Source: Antechinus flavipes
Lineage: Eukaryota
Direction: 5' to 3'
Length of the DNA stretch: 64,000 bases
NCBI RefSeq assembly: GCF_016432865.1
Contig: NC_067401.1
Location: 185,566,001-185,630,000, forward strand
The notes under the pieces are model-generated. The model was not told the DNA's origin, made no database searches, and saw nothing but the letters and a program-made list of their open reading frames with translations. Shown here one piece after another: positions 24,353-37,143 of this stretch. Positions within the stretch are counted from its first letter, which is position 1, and each line of letters begins with the position of its first letter. Both the position numbers and the translations under genes were made by a program.

Positions 24353-27300
24353 AAGGGGTGGGGAAAAGGTTTAGAGGAACAGGATGAGGGGCCTTATGAG
24401 TTGGAACCAGAAACATAAGAGATCATTAACTGGACTTCCCACTACTCCAGGTTCATGAAGTCAAAATACTTAGACTGTAAAATGTTAAACTGTTATGCTA
24501 CAGTTCTTTTACTGTCCTGCCTCAGTTTCCCTAATTATCCTGACCCAGTCTTGACTCAGTTTCTCTGCTTCAGTTTATAATAATCAGCTCAAAGCTCAGT
24601 CCTGCAAAACCTCCCCTCCCTCTCTATCAGAATATTTGATAAGGATAAAAGATCTTGTATTTTAGAATATCAGAAAGCCTCTCCCCATCCCAAACTAGTG
24701 GAATGTCAGATACTATCTTATCAAGATCTCTCCCCATGTCAAGGGTTCCTCATCCCATCCCCCATGCCCTGTCAGAACCAGATTATCAGAGTCCCATTCC
24801 CGTTTTCAGCACCCTGACTTCACTCCTACCTCAGTATACCCCCTGAGTCTGAGCCATGTGTATATAGGTCATTGAGGACTCACATTGTTTGCTAGATTCT
24901 TGGAGATGATAGTCTCATTCAGCCCTGGGACCAAACCATGGATCCATTTGGTCCCAGTAAATAATTTACTCCCCATTTAATAAATTATTAAATACTCTCT
25001 AATCTCTATCTTGCCTCAGTTTCTCCGACATTACAAGCTAATTGTAGCAAGTAAAATTGGACCCACTGGACTTTCCAATCAGATGCAAACATAGGATCTC
25101 TTCCTTGGGAAGTACTTTGGCAGGGGCTGGGGGGAGCAATAGGGCCTTTCTTCCATTTTTGATAACCTATGATAATAATAAAAATATCTATGAAAGTCCT
25201 AAATAAGGAAACTCTACTTTTTTGAGTCATTCTTGTTCCCCAGGTAAGGAATGCTCCTTCCATATGTTCCAGGAAAGGAATACCTTGATACTCTGAGATA
25301 CCACCTCTAGGCTGGGAAAACTCCTATTCCACTGATGTGGTGGAAGAAAACATACTCAGCTGAGACATCTTTCTCCCAAATAAGGAAACTCTCCTCCCTC
25401 AGAATTCCCCACTGAATAATTTTTCAGAGAAAGTAATCCATATCCTTGAAATATCTCTCCCTTTTCCCTCTCACCAAAAAAAAAAAAAAAAAAAAAAAAA
25501 ATCCCCACAGAAAACCCTAGCAGCTCCTCTTCTGAGATTCCTAATTAAGAAACTATTTCTAATATAGTTCCATCCTCTACTCCTACCCTAAAAATCCCTC
25601 CCTTGGAACTTAGATTCCTCTTTACACCACATCCTCTAAAAATCTCTTTAATAACTTTCAGATGAGAAGAGCCCTGACTTCAGGGTAACAAATCATTCCC
25701 TTCCTTGGGATTGCCCAATTTAATCTAGTTCGATAAATCTCAGGTGCCGCTGCATCACAAAACATTGTGGCGGAATGAGGATGTGAGATGGAGGTGGTAA
25801 TAGGAGGGAGAGAAATAGCATAGTTCCTACCCTTGAGTGTGTAAACTAGTAGAACAGCCACAGATAAATAACCTTCATTGATGCCTTCTCAGATAATGTC
25901 CCTTACCGTACCCCGAATGTGACCAATTTAAAAAAAAAAAAAAACTGCTCTCTCTTTCCCTGCCACACATTATTTAACAGAAGAGAAAGAAAGTAAGAAA
26001 AAAAATGAAGTTTGAAAACAATAAAAAGAGTGGGGAAATTACATTGAGACCAAAGGAAACAATTGGAAGCAAGAGTGATGAAAACTTAGGTGGGGGAAAT
26101 ATTAAGATTAGAAAAGGGATAAACAGTAAAGGACAAGAATCAAGAAAGGGGAAGGGAGAAAGAATTTGAAAAAGAGGTGGACCCAGGAAAAAGGAAAACA
26201 AAAGGGAATAGTGGGTTCAAATTTAGTTCAGTTCTTGCCAAGCTTTGGTCTCATCAAGTTCATCTATATATTTGACACCACTGCCTGATGAAGCCTTGTC
26301 TCACCTACAACCAACCTATGTTCCAAAGGTCAATCTTTGCCCCTTCAAGTCATTAATGCTGAAACTGGTTACAAAAAAGTAGACACTGAAATACATCCAT
26401 ACTGTTCTTCTGTCACCTAAATGAAAGAACAAATGCCAAGACAGGCAAAGATAACAATAATTATGATTATTTGATAATAATAATACCCACGAGAGTCTCA
26501 AGTAAGGAAACTGTCCTTTCCTAGGTAAAGAAAACCTTGTATTCACAGAACCATATGACCTCAAAGGGAACTGGGCTCAAGAATTCCCCGCTAAGCATCA
26601 TTCTCTCTCAATGGAAGCCATCACTGCAGAAGTCAAAGACACATAAGGATCAAACTAGAATGAATCAAAGAAACTGGCCTAGCTTATTTAAGATCTTTTT
26701 TCAAGGAATACCTAGTTTCAATTATTGTAATCAGCTGAAAATAGGGTTCTCCTAACTTATGGTTAGTAACTTAGAACAGGTCCAGAATTACTACAATTTA
26801 CTTCACTATCTTTCCAAAGAACTTTCAGTTCATGTGATCACAACTCTTCCACATTTTCAAAATCACTAGCCCCTGGTGTATTCTCAGTGTGGCTGTGGAA
26901 AAGACACAAGCAGTGTGGATCAATGCCAGAAGACTTCCTAGAAGAAGAAAGTGTGGAATGTAGTTTTGAAGAAGGGAAGGCACAGAGCTGAGAAGGGAGC
27001 AGTTAATTCCTTGAGGTCGGGGCCTATTTAACTTTCATCCCTGAATCCTTAATGTTTAGCACAGGGCATACTATATATAGGCACTTAATAAATGTTTATT
27101 GTTTGATTGAGCAGCATATTTGCCTTAGTTATATTGCACTATTTAAAAAAATTTGAAGCCTCAATTCAGCAAACATCAAGCACCTAAAATAGGGATCACA
27201 CCTCTTTTTTTCTTGTCTTCTCAAAGAGAGAGTAAAGAAGTTCACAATGCACAATATGAGTCAAAATATGATTCAGATAATTTATTCCTATAGGGAAAAA

Positions 27301-27455
27301 AATGCTACACATAGGATACTTATAAGCACATATTAATAGAATTAATTAAATAGGATTCAGTATTTCAATTAATCACTGTTAATGATCGGATGGGAAGATA
27401 AAATTCAAATCTTTTTTGCACTTCACCTCAACTAATATCTGTTCAAACAACTGCC

Positions 27456-27458
<3 letters not shown>

Positions 27459-27488
<30 letters not shown>
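27459..27488. repeat. (AC)15 microsatellite
   Basis: Read directly. Confidence 0.95.
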
Positions 27489-27493
<5 letters not shown>

Positions 27494-27542
27494 TATACAG
27501 ATATGTTAGAGATCCTCATTTTTTAAAATACACATTTATTTT

Positions 27543-28381
27543 TCTTTATTCTTTTTTGTAAATAGTATTTTGTTTTTCCAATTACAGGTAAAGATAGTTT
27601 TATGCATTCATTTAAAAAAATTGATTAAAGCTTTTTATTTTTCAAAACCTATGTATGAACAATTAATTCTTCAACATCAGTCCTTGCAAAACCTTGTATT
27701 CCAATTCCTGCCCCCTTCTCCCACTCCCTCCCTTAGATGGCAAGTAGTCCAATATATGTTAAACACAGTAGAAATATATGTTCAATCCAATATATGCATA
27801 CATATTTATACAATTATCATACCGCACAAGACAAATCCAATCAAATCAGTGTAAAAAAAAAAGGAGAAACAAACTAAAATGCAAGCAAACAACAAAAAGA
27901 GTGAAAATGCTATGTTGTGAACCACACTCAGTTCCCACAGTCCTCTCTCTGGGTGTAGATGGCTCTCTTCATGACTGAACAATTGGAACTGGTTTGAATC
28001 ATCTCATTGTTGAAGAGGGCCACGCCCATCAGAATTATCCATCACATAATCTTGTTACCTTGTATCCCCTGGTTCTGCTCATTTCACTTAGCATCAGTTC
28101 ATATAAGTCTCTCCAGCCTCTCTCAAATCCTGATGATTGCTTCTTACAGAGCAATAGTATTTCCTAACATTCATATACTATTAAGCCATTCTCCAATTGA
28201 TGGGCATTCATTCAGTTTCCAGTTTCTTGCCACTATAAAAAAGGCTGCACATTTGGGTCCCTTTCCCTCCTTTAAGATCTCTTTGAATATAAGTCCAGTA
28301 GAAACACTGCTGGGTCAAAGAGTATGCACAGTTTGATAACTTTTTGAGCATTGTTCTCTAGAATGTTTGGATCTATTCACA
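27543..28381 (-). mobile_element. 5'-truncated L1 3' end with a diverged 14-bp TSD (tacacatttatttt 27529-27542 / tatacattcatttt 28382-28395)
   Basis: L1 3' UTR and ORF2 tail similar to the 8555 element; TSD 12/14 identical. Confidence 0.8.
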
Positions 28382-28395
28382 TATACATTCATTTT

Positions 28396-29335
28396 AAATA
28401 AGATTTTGAGTTTCAAATTTTTTTTCTCTCTCCTTCCCATCCATCCCCTCCAAGACAGAAAGCAATCTGATGAAGATTATACATGTACAATCATATTAAA
28501 TATTTCCACATTAATCATGAAGAAGAAAGAGAAAAAAAGGGAAAAGCCACACATACCAAAAAAGTGAAAATAGTGTTTCAATCTGCATTCATTCTTTCTC
28601 TATATGTGGATAGTATTTTTTAATCATAAGTTTTTTGGAATTGTCTTGGGTCATTGTATTGCTAAAAAGAGCTAAATCAATCAAAGTTCATCATTGCAGT
28701 GTTACTGTATATGATGTTCTCCTAGTTCTCCTCACTTCACTCAGCCTCATTTCATGTAAATCTTTCTAGGTTTTTCTGAAATCTGCCTGCTTATCATTTC
28801 TTATATCACAATAGTATTCCATTACATTCATACACCACAGCTTGATCAGCCATTCATTTTCCAATTCCTTGCCACCACAAAAAGAGCTGCTACAAACATT
28901 TTTGTACATGTGGGTCCTTTTCTTTCTTTTATGATCTTTTATACAGATCCAGACTACTAGATCAAAGAGTATCTATAGTTTGCCCTTTTGGTATAGTTCC
29001 AAATTGCTCCCAAGAATGGTTGGATCAGTTCACAACACCACCAGCAAAGCATTAGCATACCAGTTTTCCCCATCTTTTCTAATATTTATCATTTTCCTTT
29101 TCTGTCATATTAGCCAATCTGATAGATGTGAGGTGGTACCTCAGAGTTGTTTTAACTCTAATCAGTGGTGATTTCCGTGGAGCATTTTTTTTTCATATAG
29201 CTGTAGATAGTTTTAATTTTTTCATCTGAAAATTGCCTATTCATATCCTTTGATCATTTAGCAATTGAGAAATGATTTATATTCTTATAAATTTGAGTCA
29301 GTTCTCTATATATTTGACAAAATGAGGCCTTGATG
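28396..29335 (-). mobile_element. Older L1 3' fragment adjacent to the previous element
   Basis: Second copy of L1 3' UTR/ORF2 tail sequence (gaatggttggatcagttcacaac, gtggtacctcagagttg). Confidence 0.8.
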
Positions 29336-30184
29336 GAGATACTCCTTCTAACTCAAATTCTAACTGATATAGTATCCCTCAGAGAAAGGCTAGACTTTCT
29401 CATTTAGGATTCTAAGAGATCAAGGGTGTCTTTCTTCTTTTGTCTCTTTTTTTGTCAGAGAAAAATTATTAATACTCTATATTTTGGCACAAATATGCCA
29501 GAAACAACTTATTAAGAAGAGAAATGTCCATGGTTTCTAGATACCCTCCTCCCATGTGTGCTTGGATATCTCTTTAACACTAACTAATTTAAGGTAATTT
29601 GCAGGAATATTAAACTGGAAAATTACAAGAAGAAAAAATATCGTTTGAGGTTAACATTCTACTCAATCACTCCATCTTTAAATTCTTAGTTCTTTCTTTA
29701 ACCATTCCACTAACAAGCTCTAACTAAACTATCAGGTAATCAAAGGGATCTTCTTCCTTTCCTCAATACCTGAATCCTTTCAAAAAAGAATGGGGGCTCT
29801 TAGGAGTGTCTTCTTAGTTTAGGTTCTGTTTGGGGACAAAAATGAGATACTTGTAAGTCACTGAACAGATATCACAATAATATTAACTTAATGTTAACTT
29901 AGCTCTAACATAGCAAAGATATACAACAATAATAGAGTTAGCTTCTATAGAAGCTTAGCAAACCATCTCTTCCCCCATATTTCCATGTGGAAATTCCTTT
30001 GAGCAGTATGACAGGGTACAGTGATTTCCTACGGTGTTCAAGCAAACAACAAGCTGGAGGGGCCCCAACTTCACTTGGGTGGAACTTTTATGTCCTTATG
30101 AGACCAGGAATCTGTGTCAAGTAAAACAGGGATCATTCAGGTTCCAGGAACAGCTTTGTTTTCTTTTAGGGAAAATCTCAATTC

Positions 30185-30460
30185 AGTGGTATAGTAGATA
30201 TTATGCCTAGAATGCAGGGACTAGAGTCAGAAAAAGCCTTGTCTTCCTGAATTCAAATCTGGTCTCAGACACTTATTAGCTATGTGACTTTGAGCAAGTC
30301 CCTTAACCTTCTTTGTCTTAATTTCTCATCTATAAAATGAGCTGGAGAAGGAAACGGATAATCACCCTATCATTTTTGCCAAAAACAAAAAACAAAAAAC
30401 AAAAAAACCCCCAAAACCAAACGGGGTCACAAAGGGACACAGACACAAACAAATAACAAC
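30185..30460 (+). mobile_element. MAR1-like CORE-SINE with RTE-derived tail
   Basis: CORE followed by gagctggagaaggaaacggataatcacc...ggggtcacaaag and an (aac)-rich end. Confidence 0.75.
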
Positions 30461-31334
30461 AAAATCCCTGTTTTGGGGAAAGTAAGAATTTCCAATTCTG
30501 TTGATCCTTCTAGGATAACTCTTGGCATAGGGAAGACAAAGATCTCAACTAAACTTGATCTAAGTTTGGTTAACACCTTTAATCCATTTTCCTTGGTCTC
30601 TAGCTTTTTTTTCTTTATCTTTTATATGTTTTTCTAAAGAGAAAAGTCTAGAAAGGCCTTTAGACTGGAAGATATTTATTTCTTAAATTTTTTTGTTGTA
30701 ACAAAAAATGAGAATATGCTTCCAAATTTCAAATAACAATGAACAATTATTAGTGTCTCACTATCATTTAATCAAATAATATCAATTAGCTTTTACTAGG
30801 GAATATTTAGTTAACAAAATGAAGTAAGAACAGAAAAAGAAGCATTCCCTCCTAATAACTGTAGATGCAGATGAGGAATAGGAGGCACTCTCTCTTTTAA
30901 AAAGACCTGATTCAACTGCTTTTTTGGGAGGGGACTAGTGGTTTATCATTATTTTGAGAAAAAAGTTGCTTTACTCTATATTTTCATTGTATTCATTGTT
31001 CTTTTGAAGCTCATTTCACTCTTCATCAATTCACATGTCTTCCACATTTCCTATGAAACTGCTTCATAATTTATGATAGTATTTCATTATACTCATATAT
31101 TACAAATTGTTTAGCTGATCCCCATTAAAAGTACCTCACTTTAGTTTTCAAATTGTGACCACTATGAAAAGTGCTTCTTTTTTTGGCAGAGGGAAGAGAG
31201 GGTTGGATAGATCCTTTCCCACCCCTTAATCCCCCTCCCCCCTTTTTTAATATTATTGAAGTATAGTTCCTAGTACTGGTATTTATTATTATTCTTTGAT
31301 GTTTCGCTTGTCTCTGGCTCATTTCTCATTTCCT

Positions 31335-31480
31335 TCTCCATTTGAGGATTTTATAGATGAGGAACTAAAGTAAAGAGGATTAAGGGACTTGCTCAGGATC
31401 ACACAGTGAGTGTCTGAGGCCAGATTTAAACTCAGAAAGAGCCCAAGGTTCTATCCACTGGACCGCCTAACTGCCCCAGT
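31335..31480 (-). mobile_element. CORE-SINE
   Basis: ttaagggacttgctcaggatcacacag...gatttaaactcag...tatccactggaccgcctaactgcccc. Confidence 0.75.
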
Positions 31481-32495
31481 AGTGATATAGCTGGATCAAA
31501 GGGTATATACAGCTTGATCATTTTCTGAGCAGAGCTCTAAATTGCTTTCTAGAATGGTTGGACCACCAACAGATCATTAATGTACTTGTTTTTCCATAGT
31601 TCCTTGAACATTTGTCATTTTCCTCTTTTGTTATCTCAACTTAAAGATATGAGTTAGAACCTCAAAAATGTTGGGTTTTGTCAAAAAAGACTCTTTGGCA
31701 TCTTTGGTATAATTATATGTCTTTTATTATTTATATTGTTAACATGGTTTATTATGTTAATACTGTTCCTTATGTTGAGCCAACCCTGTATTCTTGGTCA
31801 ACCCAGACTAATAATACTGTGTAAATCTTTCTAATATGTTATTTTAGTTTACATACTAATATTGTATTTAAAACTTTTTTTTGCATTAGTCTTCATTAGG
31901 TATAGTGGTGTATAATTTGCTTTGTTTCTCCCTGATTTATGGATCAAGATTATATATGCAACATAGAGAGAGATTAGAAGAATACCTTCTCTTTTAATTA
32001 TTTGATGGAGTTAATGCAGTATTAGATTTTAATTGTTCTTTGGATATTTTGTAAAATTAATTTATAAGTCAATTGAATCCTTGAGATTTTTTCTTTTGAG
32101 AACAAATTTTATGACTTGTTCTATTTCTTCTTTTGTTAACCTGTGTATTTTATCATTTCTGTAAATATTTGTTTGCTTTAGGTTATCAGTTCTTAGTATA
32201 TAATTAGGTAAAATAGATTCTAGTAATTTCCTTTATTTCCAGTTGTTGTGAGTTTTTTCAGTTAAAAAAGTTTTTATGTTACATATGTCATTCATTTTTA
32301 AATTTTTTCCATATGAATCATGTTGGGAGAGAAACATCAGAACAAAAGAGAAAAACTATGAGAAAAAAAAGCCAGAGAAACAAACCTTTTTCACTTTTTG
32401 TATAAACAATTTGATTTTCCTCTGGCTTTAAAAAAAAAGGTTAACTTACCTTTTATCTATTTTGTTAATTTTCTTTAAAAAAAAAAAAAAAAAAC

Positions 32496-32650
32496 TAGTT
32501 GTGGCAGCTAGATGGTTCAGTGGATAGAGCACTGCCCCTGAATTCAGGAGGACCCCAATTTACACATGGGCTCAGACATTTAACATTTACTAGCTGTGTG
32601 ATTCTGGGCAAGTCACTTAACCTGAATTACCTCATCAAAAAAACAAAACA
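32496..32650 (+). mobile_element. tRNA-derived CORE-SINE inserted in the old L1
   Basis: gtggcagctagatggttcagtggatagagcactg...ctgggcaagtcacttaacc, A-rich tail. Confidence 0.85.
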
Positions 32651-34123
32651 ACAACAAAAAACAACTCCTAGTTACTTATTAATTCAGCAGTCTTTTTGGT
32701 TTCAATTTAATCTCTAATTTTTCATAATTTATGCTTTGTTATTTAGTTGGAGATTTTGGATTTGTTGTTCAAATATTGTTGTTAAAAGATATAATTTCCA
32801 ATTCACTGGTTTGTTCTTTATTTCTTTTGCTTATGAATACCTTTAAAAATATTAATTTTTCTCTCAGAATTGCTTTAGCTGTATCCTATAAGTTTTGGTA
32901 TGATGTCTCATTATTGTTTCTATAATTTCTATTGTTTCCATAATTTGTCCTTTGATCTTTAGATTTTTAAATTGTTATTTAGTCTCTACTAAAAAAAATT
33001 CCTCAAGAATCCTTCATTGAACATAGTTTTTATGAATTCTGATCAATAAATGATGTGTTTAGAATTTCTGCTTTTCTACATTTTTTATTATTTTTTTTAC
33101 TCTAATTGCTCTGTTTTTGTACAGAGCCATGTATAGATTAAAAAGCATAAATTTCTTTTTATTTACATTTAATAATTACTAGAGATCTAACATATTTATT
33201 TTTTCTAAAGTTATAGTCAGATTCTTAACTTCTTTCTTCTTTATTTTTTGATTAGATCTGTCTGGGTCTGAAAAATATATATTGAAGTAGTCCACTATTA
33301 CTGCTTTATCTTTATTTTCTTTGTCTTTCTTTCAATTAACTTTTAAGTATTTAAGTGCTATGTCATTAGGGTCATATATATTAATTATGGATATTGATTC
33401 CTTATCTATGTTGGCTTTAAGCAAAATAACTTCCTTGCCAATTTCTATTTATCTTATCTATGTTTACTGTAACTTTATTTGAAATCATTATTTGTTGATA
33501 TTGTTTTTGTTGCTGCTGCTGCTGCTATTTAGTTCAATGGAGTTTGCCTTATAACTTTATATAAATCTTTGTGCCTCAAATTAAGTTTCTTATAAATAAC
33601 TTAATGTCATATTCTGCTTTCTAATTCATTCTGCTTCTCTTAATTCTCTTCTTTCTTATGAGTGAATTAATTCCTTTTACATTCAGTTATGATTATTGAT
33701 TTTGTATGTCTATCCACTTTGTCTTCTTGTAATTTTTCCATTCTGTGTTCCAACCGCTCACTTTATAAACAAGAAGATAGTAGCAGAGAACTTGTTTGAT
33801 GCTTGTGATCTTATAAGTGAAATAGTATCTTCTCTGTTGCATTTTTTCTCTTACCCTTAACCTTTATTCCATGTTTTTATTTTTCCTTCTTTTTAATTTA
33901 TTCTTTACAATCTTCTTTTCAACATTCAAATTTGTTTTGCTTTCAAAATTTCAACATTCAAAATCTTTCTGCCCTCCTTCTTATGTCTATCATTTTCTGA
34001 TTCATTTCTACTCCTTCCTTTCCCCTTCCTATTTCCCTTTTGAGTTAAATGTTTTTCTGTATAAAAATCTGTGTGTGTGAGTATAATTATGCTCTATCCT
34101 CCTTGATCTAATTCAATAAAAGT

Positions 34124-34525
34124 TGTAAAGGGCTGAAACTCTGAAAAGGTGTGCTGGAATCAGACAGCAGAGCACTTATGGCTAATTACTGATTTGATGT
34201 GAGATATTGGTTCTATATACATATATTTAGGTGATATGGTAATGTGATGGCTCTCCTCACTATTGGTGCTTGCTGAATGTTTGGTGGTGATGTAATCATA
34301 GGCAAGGATTGGAGGGCTGAGGGAGAGAAGTCAGAGTCACTTGGCTGCAGGATGAGGAAGAGAGAAGCAGGAGACTCTGGACTCCCGAATCCAGGATACA
34401 TCTTTGGCAAGCCACATGGCAACTTGCCTGCCTCCTTTACTTCTCCCCTTAAAGACCAAGAACTTTGATTAATCCTTACTCTGACTGATCCTGAGGCCTT
34501 CCAGGGAGCTAGTCTGGACATTATA
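34124..34525 (+). mobile_element. Solo ERV LTR (402 bp, TG...TA) with near-perfect 6-bp TSD (aaaagt / gaaagt)
   Basis: Starts tgtaaagggctgaaac, ends ggacattata; flanks 34118-34123 and 34526-34531. Confidence 0.85.
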
Positions 34526-35759
34526 GAAAGTGAGGTTTATAGAATACCCATTTCATTCCCCTTCCTCAATGACTATCCACCCTTCATCTTATTCATCTCT
34601 ATTATGCAACAGAGATTTCCTCTCTTCTTCATCCTTGTGTCACCTATTCTTCCCGTTTATGCATTCTCCTATGACTATTGAAACAGAACAAAACCACCTG
34701 CAGAATCTTGGTTATTTCAATCTTTCTCTATGAATCTTGTTCCACTCTACCCCAACCCCTGCCATTATTATGCAATAGTTTATCCCCATATATTCCCTTT
34801 CAATTAAACAAATGTTTTTTTGTGGTTTTCTTGGCATCCATTTCCAAACATCTACTTAATTCTAACTTTTTCATGAAGGATGCTTGGAAATCCTCTATTC
34901 CATTAAAAATCTCTGTAGGATTATCTTTAGTTTTGCTGGATAGGTTATCTCATTTTTTGGAATAGCACATTCCAAAGTTATTCTTTAAAGTGGCAGTTGC
35001 TAAGGCTTATGTGATCCATATTGTGGCTCCATTGAATTTTAATTCCTTCCATTATTTAGCTGCTTAGAATATTTTTGAGTTTGTTTGTTTTGACCCAGAA
35101 GCTCTGGATTTTGTCTATGATGTTCCTAGGAGTTTTTATTTTGGAATTTCCAAAGGAAATTGATCGATTGCTTATGTTTTCATTCACTATGACTGCGAAT
35201 TCTCAGACTCTGAGAAGTTTTCACTTATAATTTCATGAAATATGGTAGCCAGCCTTTTTTAAAATCATTTTTTTCAGAGTCTTAATGCTTCTTAGATGGT
35301 TTCTCTACCTGTTTTCCAGACAAGTTTTTTTTAATATTACATTTCTTATATAATAATAGATCCATCCCTTCTCCCAATATTTTGATTTTGTTTTAATATT
35401 TTTAGTTCTCTTATTGAATCATTGTTTTCATAAGTTTTCTGATTGGTCTACTCTAATTTCAGAGCTTTTAGTTCTTCTGTGAGATTTTTCATCACCTAGG
35501 ATGTAAATTTTTTTTTTTGACCATCATTTTTTCCTAGCTTTTAGTTTGGGTATCTGTTGTTTCATTTCTTCTGGGTATTCCTGTATTCCCTGTTACCAGG
35601 AGTCTTTTTTTTTTTTTTTTTTTTAACCCTCTGAGGCAATAACAGGAGCCATGATGTTGTTTTTTCTTTAAGTAAGGATCTGGTGCTGTAAAAGCACCTT
35701 GTAATAGAGTTTTCTTTGATTTGATCATCTCATCTATCTAAATATATGTGTTGGAGCAA

Positions 35760-36170
35760 GATTACACAATGATCAATTCTGAAGGATGTGGCTCTTTTCA
35801 ACAGTGAGGTGATTCAGGCCAGTTCCAATAGTCTTGTGATGGAGAGAGCCATCTGCATTCAGAAGGAAGACTGTGGGAACTGAGTGTGGATCGCAACATA
35901 CATTTTTACTTTTTATATTATTTGCTTGCATTTTTTTCTCCCTTTTCCCCATTTTTGATCTGATTTTTCTTATGTAGCATGACAATTGTGGAAATATGTA
36001 TAGAAGAATTGCACATGTTTAACATATTGGCTTACTTGCTGTCTAAGGAGAGGGTAAGGATAAGGGAGGGAAAAAAATTGGAACACAAAATTTTGCAAGG
36101 GTAAATGTTGAAATTTATCTATGCAGATGTTTTGAATATAAAAAGTTTTAATAAAAAAAAGAAAAATATA
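35760..36170 (+). mobile_element. L1 3' UTR fragment with A-rich tail
   Basis: Sense-strand version of the 3' UTR seen at 27543-28000. Confidence 0.85.
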
Positions 36171-36595
36171 TGTTGTGTTGACTGTGGTCAACCTCCACAA
36201 CTGGAGCATCGTCAGTGTCCTACCTGGTCCTATGTGAAGTGAGATAGGATAGACTTCTTTTTCAAGGAGGTTTCTCTGAGTATGTACAACTGCTGGATTT
36301 TACCTGAAGTTTCCCTCTTGTTCCAAGACTTGATGCCCCTCTGGGGATCAGGAGCTCCCCAGGGACATAATTTTGCATATGACCTTTCTCCTGCAGATGG
36401 ACTTTAAGCAAAGATACTCACTGGATCCTATCTAGAGTGATTTGAGATTGTTCTCTTGGATCAGGCTAGAATTACTACTACACTGAACCAAGTCCTGCCT
36501 CTCAACTTTCCCCATCTCCCCTACCCCACATTCTTTCCCTTATCATTTAAAATTGTTCTTTTTCAAACTGGACTTCTGAAGCCATGGGCTTTTGG

Positions 36596-37143
36596 AAGTC
36601 TTTGTGCTTGGCTCAGGCTGTGTTTGGCTCAGATAGGGACTGCCACATTGGAACTTCCCCAAAAACCCTGTAGTAATTTTTACCTGACTTGACTCTTACA
36701 GTCAAAGGATCCAGAGTAGGTTGGGCTGATCTGATCTTGGGTGCTTAGTAGCTGAAGCAAGGAGTATGGAATCCTCTTGAAGATTCCAGAGGCCATGTGG
36801 ATCCTGCATTTTGCTCTTTCTTCTAAACTTTGATCTATCTAGATCAGGATTTCTGTAGTATTCCAGAGTTCCCTCTTTGGATTTCTGGGTTGGGTGAAGG
36901 AGTCTAAACATGATTATTTTCTATCTCTTACCAGAGTGGTACATCTCTCAACCTCAGTGGAGTGTTTACTGGAGATATGGGACTGTGGAATACCACCATC
37001 TTCCCAAAAAAACACACAAGTCTTTGTGCTTGGCTCAGGCTGTGTTTGGCTCAGATAGGGACTGCCACATTGGAACTTCCCCAAAGACCCTGAAGTAATT
37101 TTTACCTGACTTGACTCTTAGAGCCAAAGGATCCAGAGTAGGT
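36596..37143 (+). repeat. 126-bp direct repeat: copies 36596-36721 and 37018-37143 (4 mismatches)
   Basis: Direct comparison of the two copies. Confidence 0.92.

Larger units (their letters stand above)
20494..25092 (-). pseudogene. TNK1: TNK1 pseudogene (decayed ACK-family tyrosine kinase); exon remnants at about 25092-24880 (SAM), 23750-23564, 23205-23074, 22892-22621, 22465-22201, 22010-21690, 20585-20494 (UBA)
   Basis: Ordered - strand remnants: VQWVQFY (IQLAQFY); VPVPMKS (VPVAVKS); PLGCL..FLFLSQKAG..YDDLDTQNLFL..TIRLVDFGL..IPFG*W; GIFSSTLNI*MFEVM*KMFSGGKESWARV; YWILYPSD*SNFLHLEGILQE; LGTQSSGNGSNPSKI; CWQILECYQWNLS. Syntenic position between PLSCR3 and TMEM95; many stops and frameshifts. 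Confidence 0.9.
31480..35695 (-). mobile_element. Old, long degraded L1 (ORF2 and ORF1 remnants) carrying later SINE and LTR insertions
   Basis: T-rich L1 antisense texture; ORF1-like peptide KTPRNIIDKIQSF on the - strand at 35136-35098. Confidence 0.75.

Noticed and set aside
29940-29955. Perfect 16-bp palindrome agcttctatagaagct
   Set aside because: About one such palindrome is expected by chance in 64 kb, and its spacing does not fit a heat-shock element.
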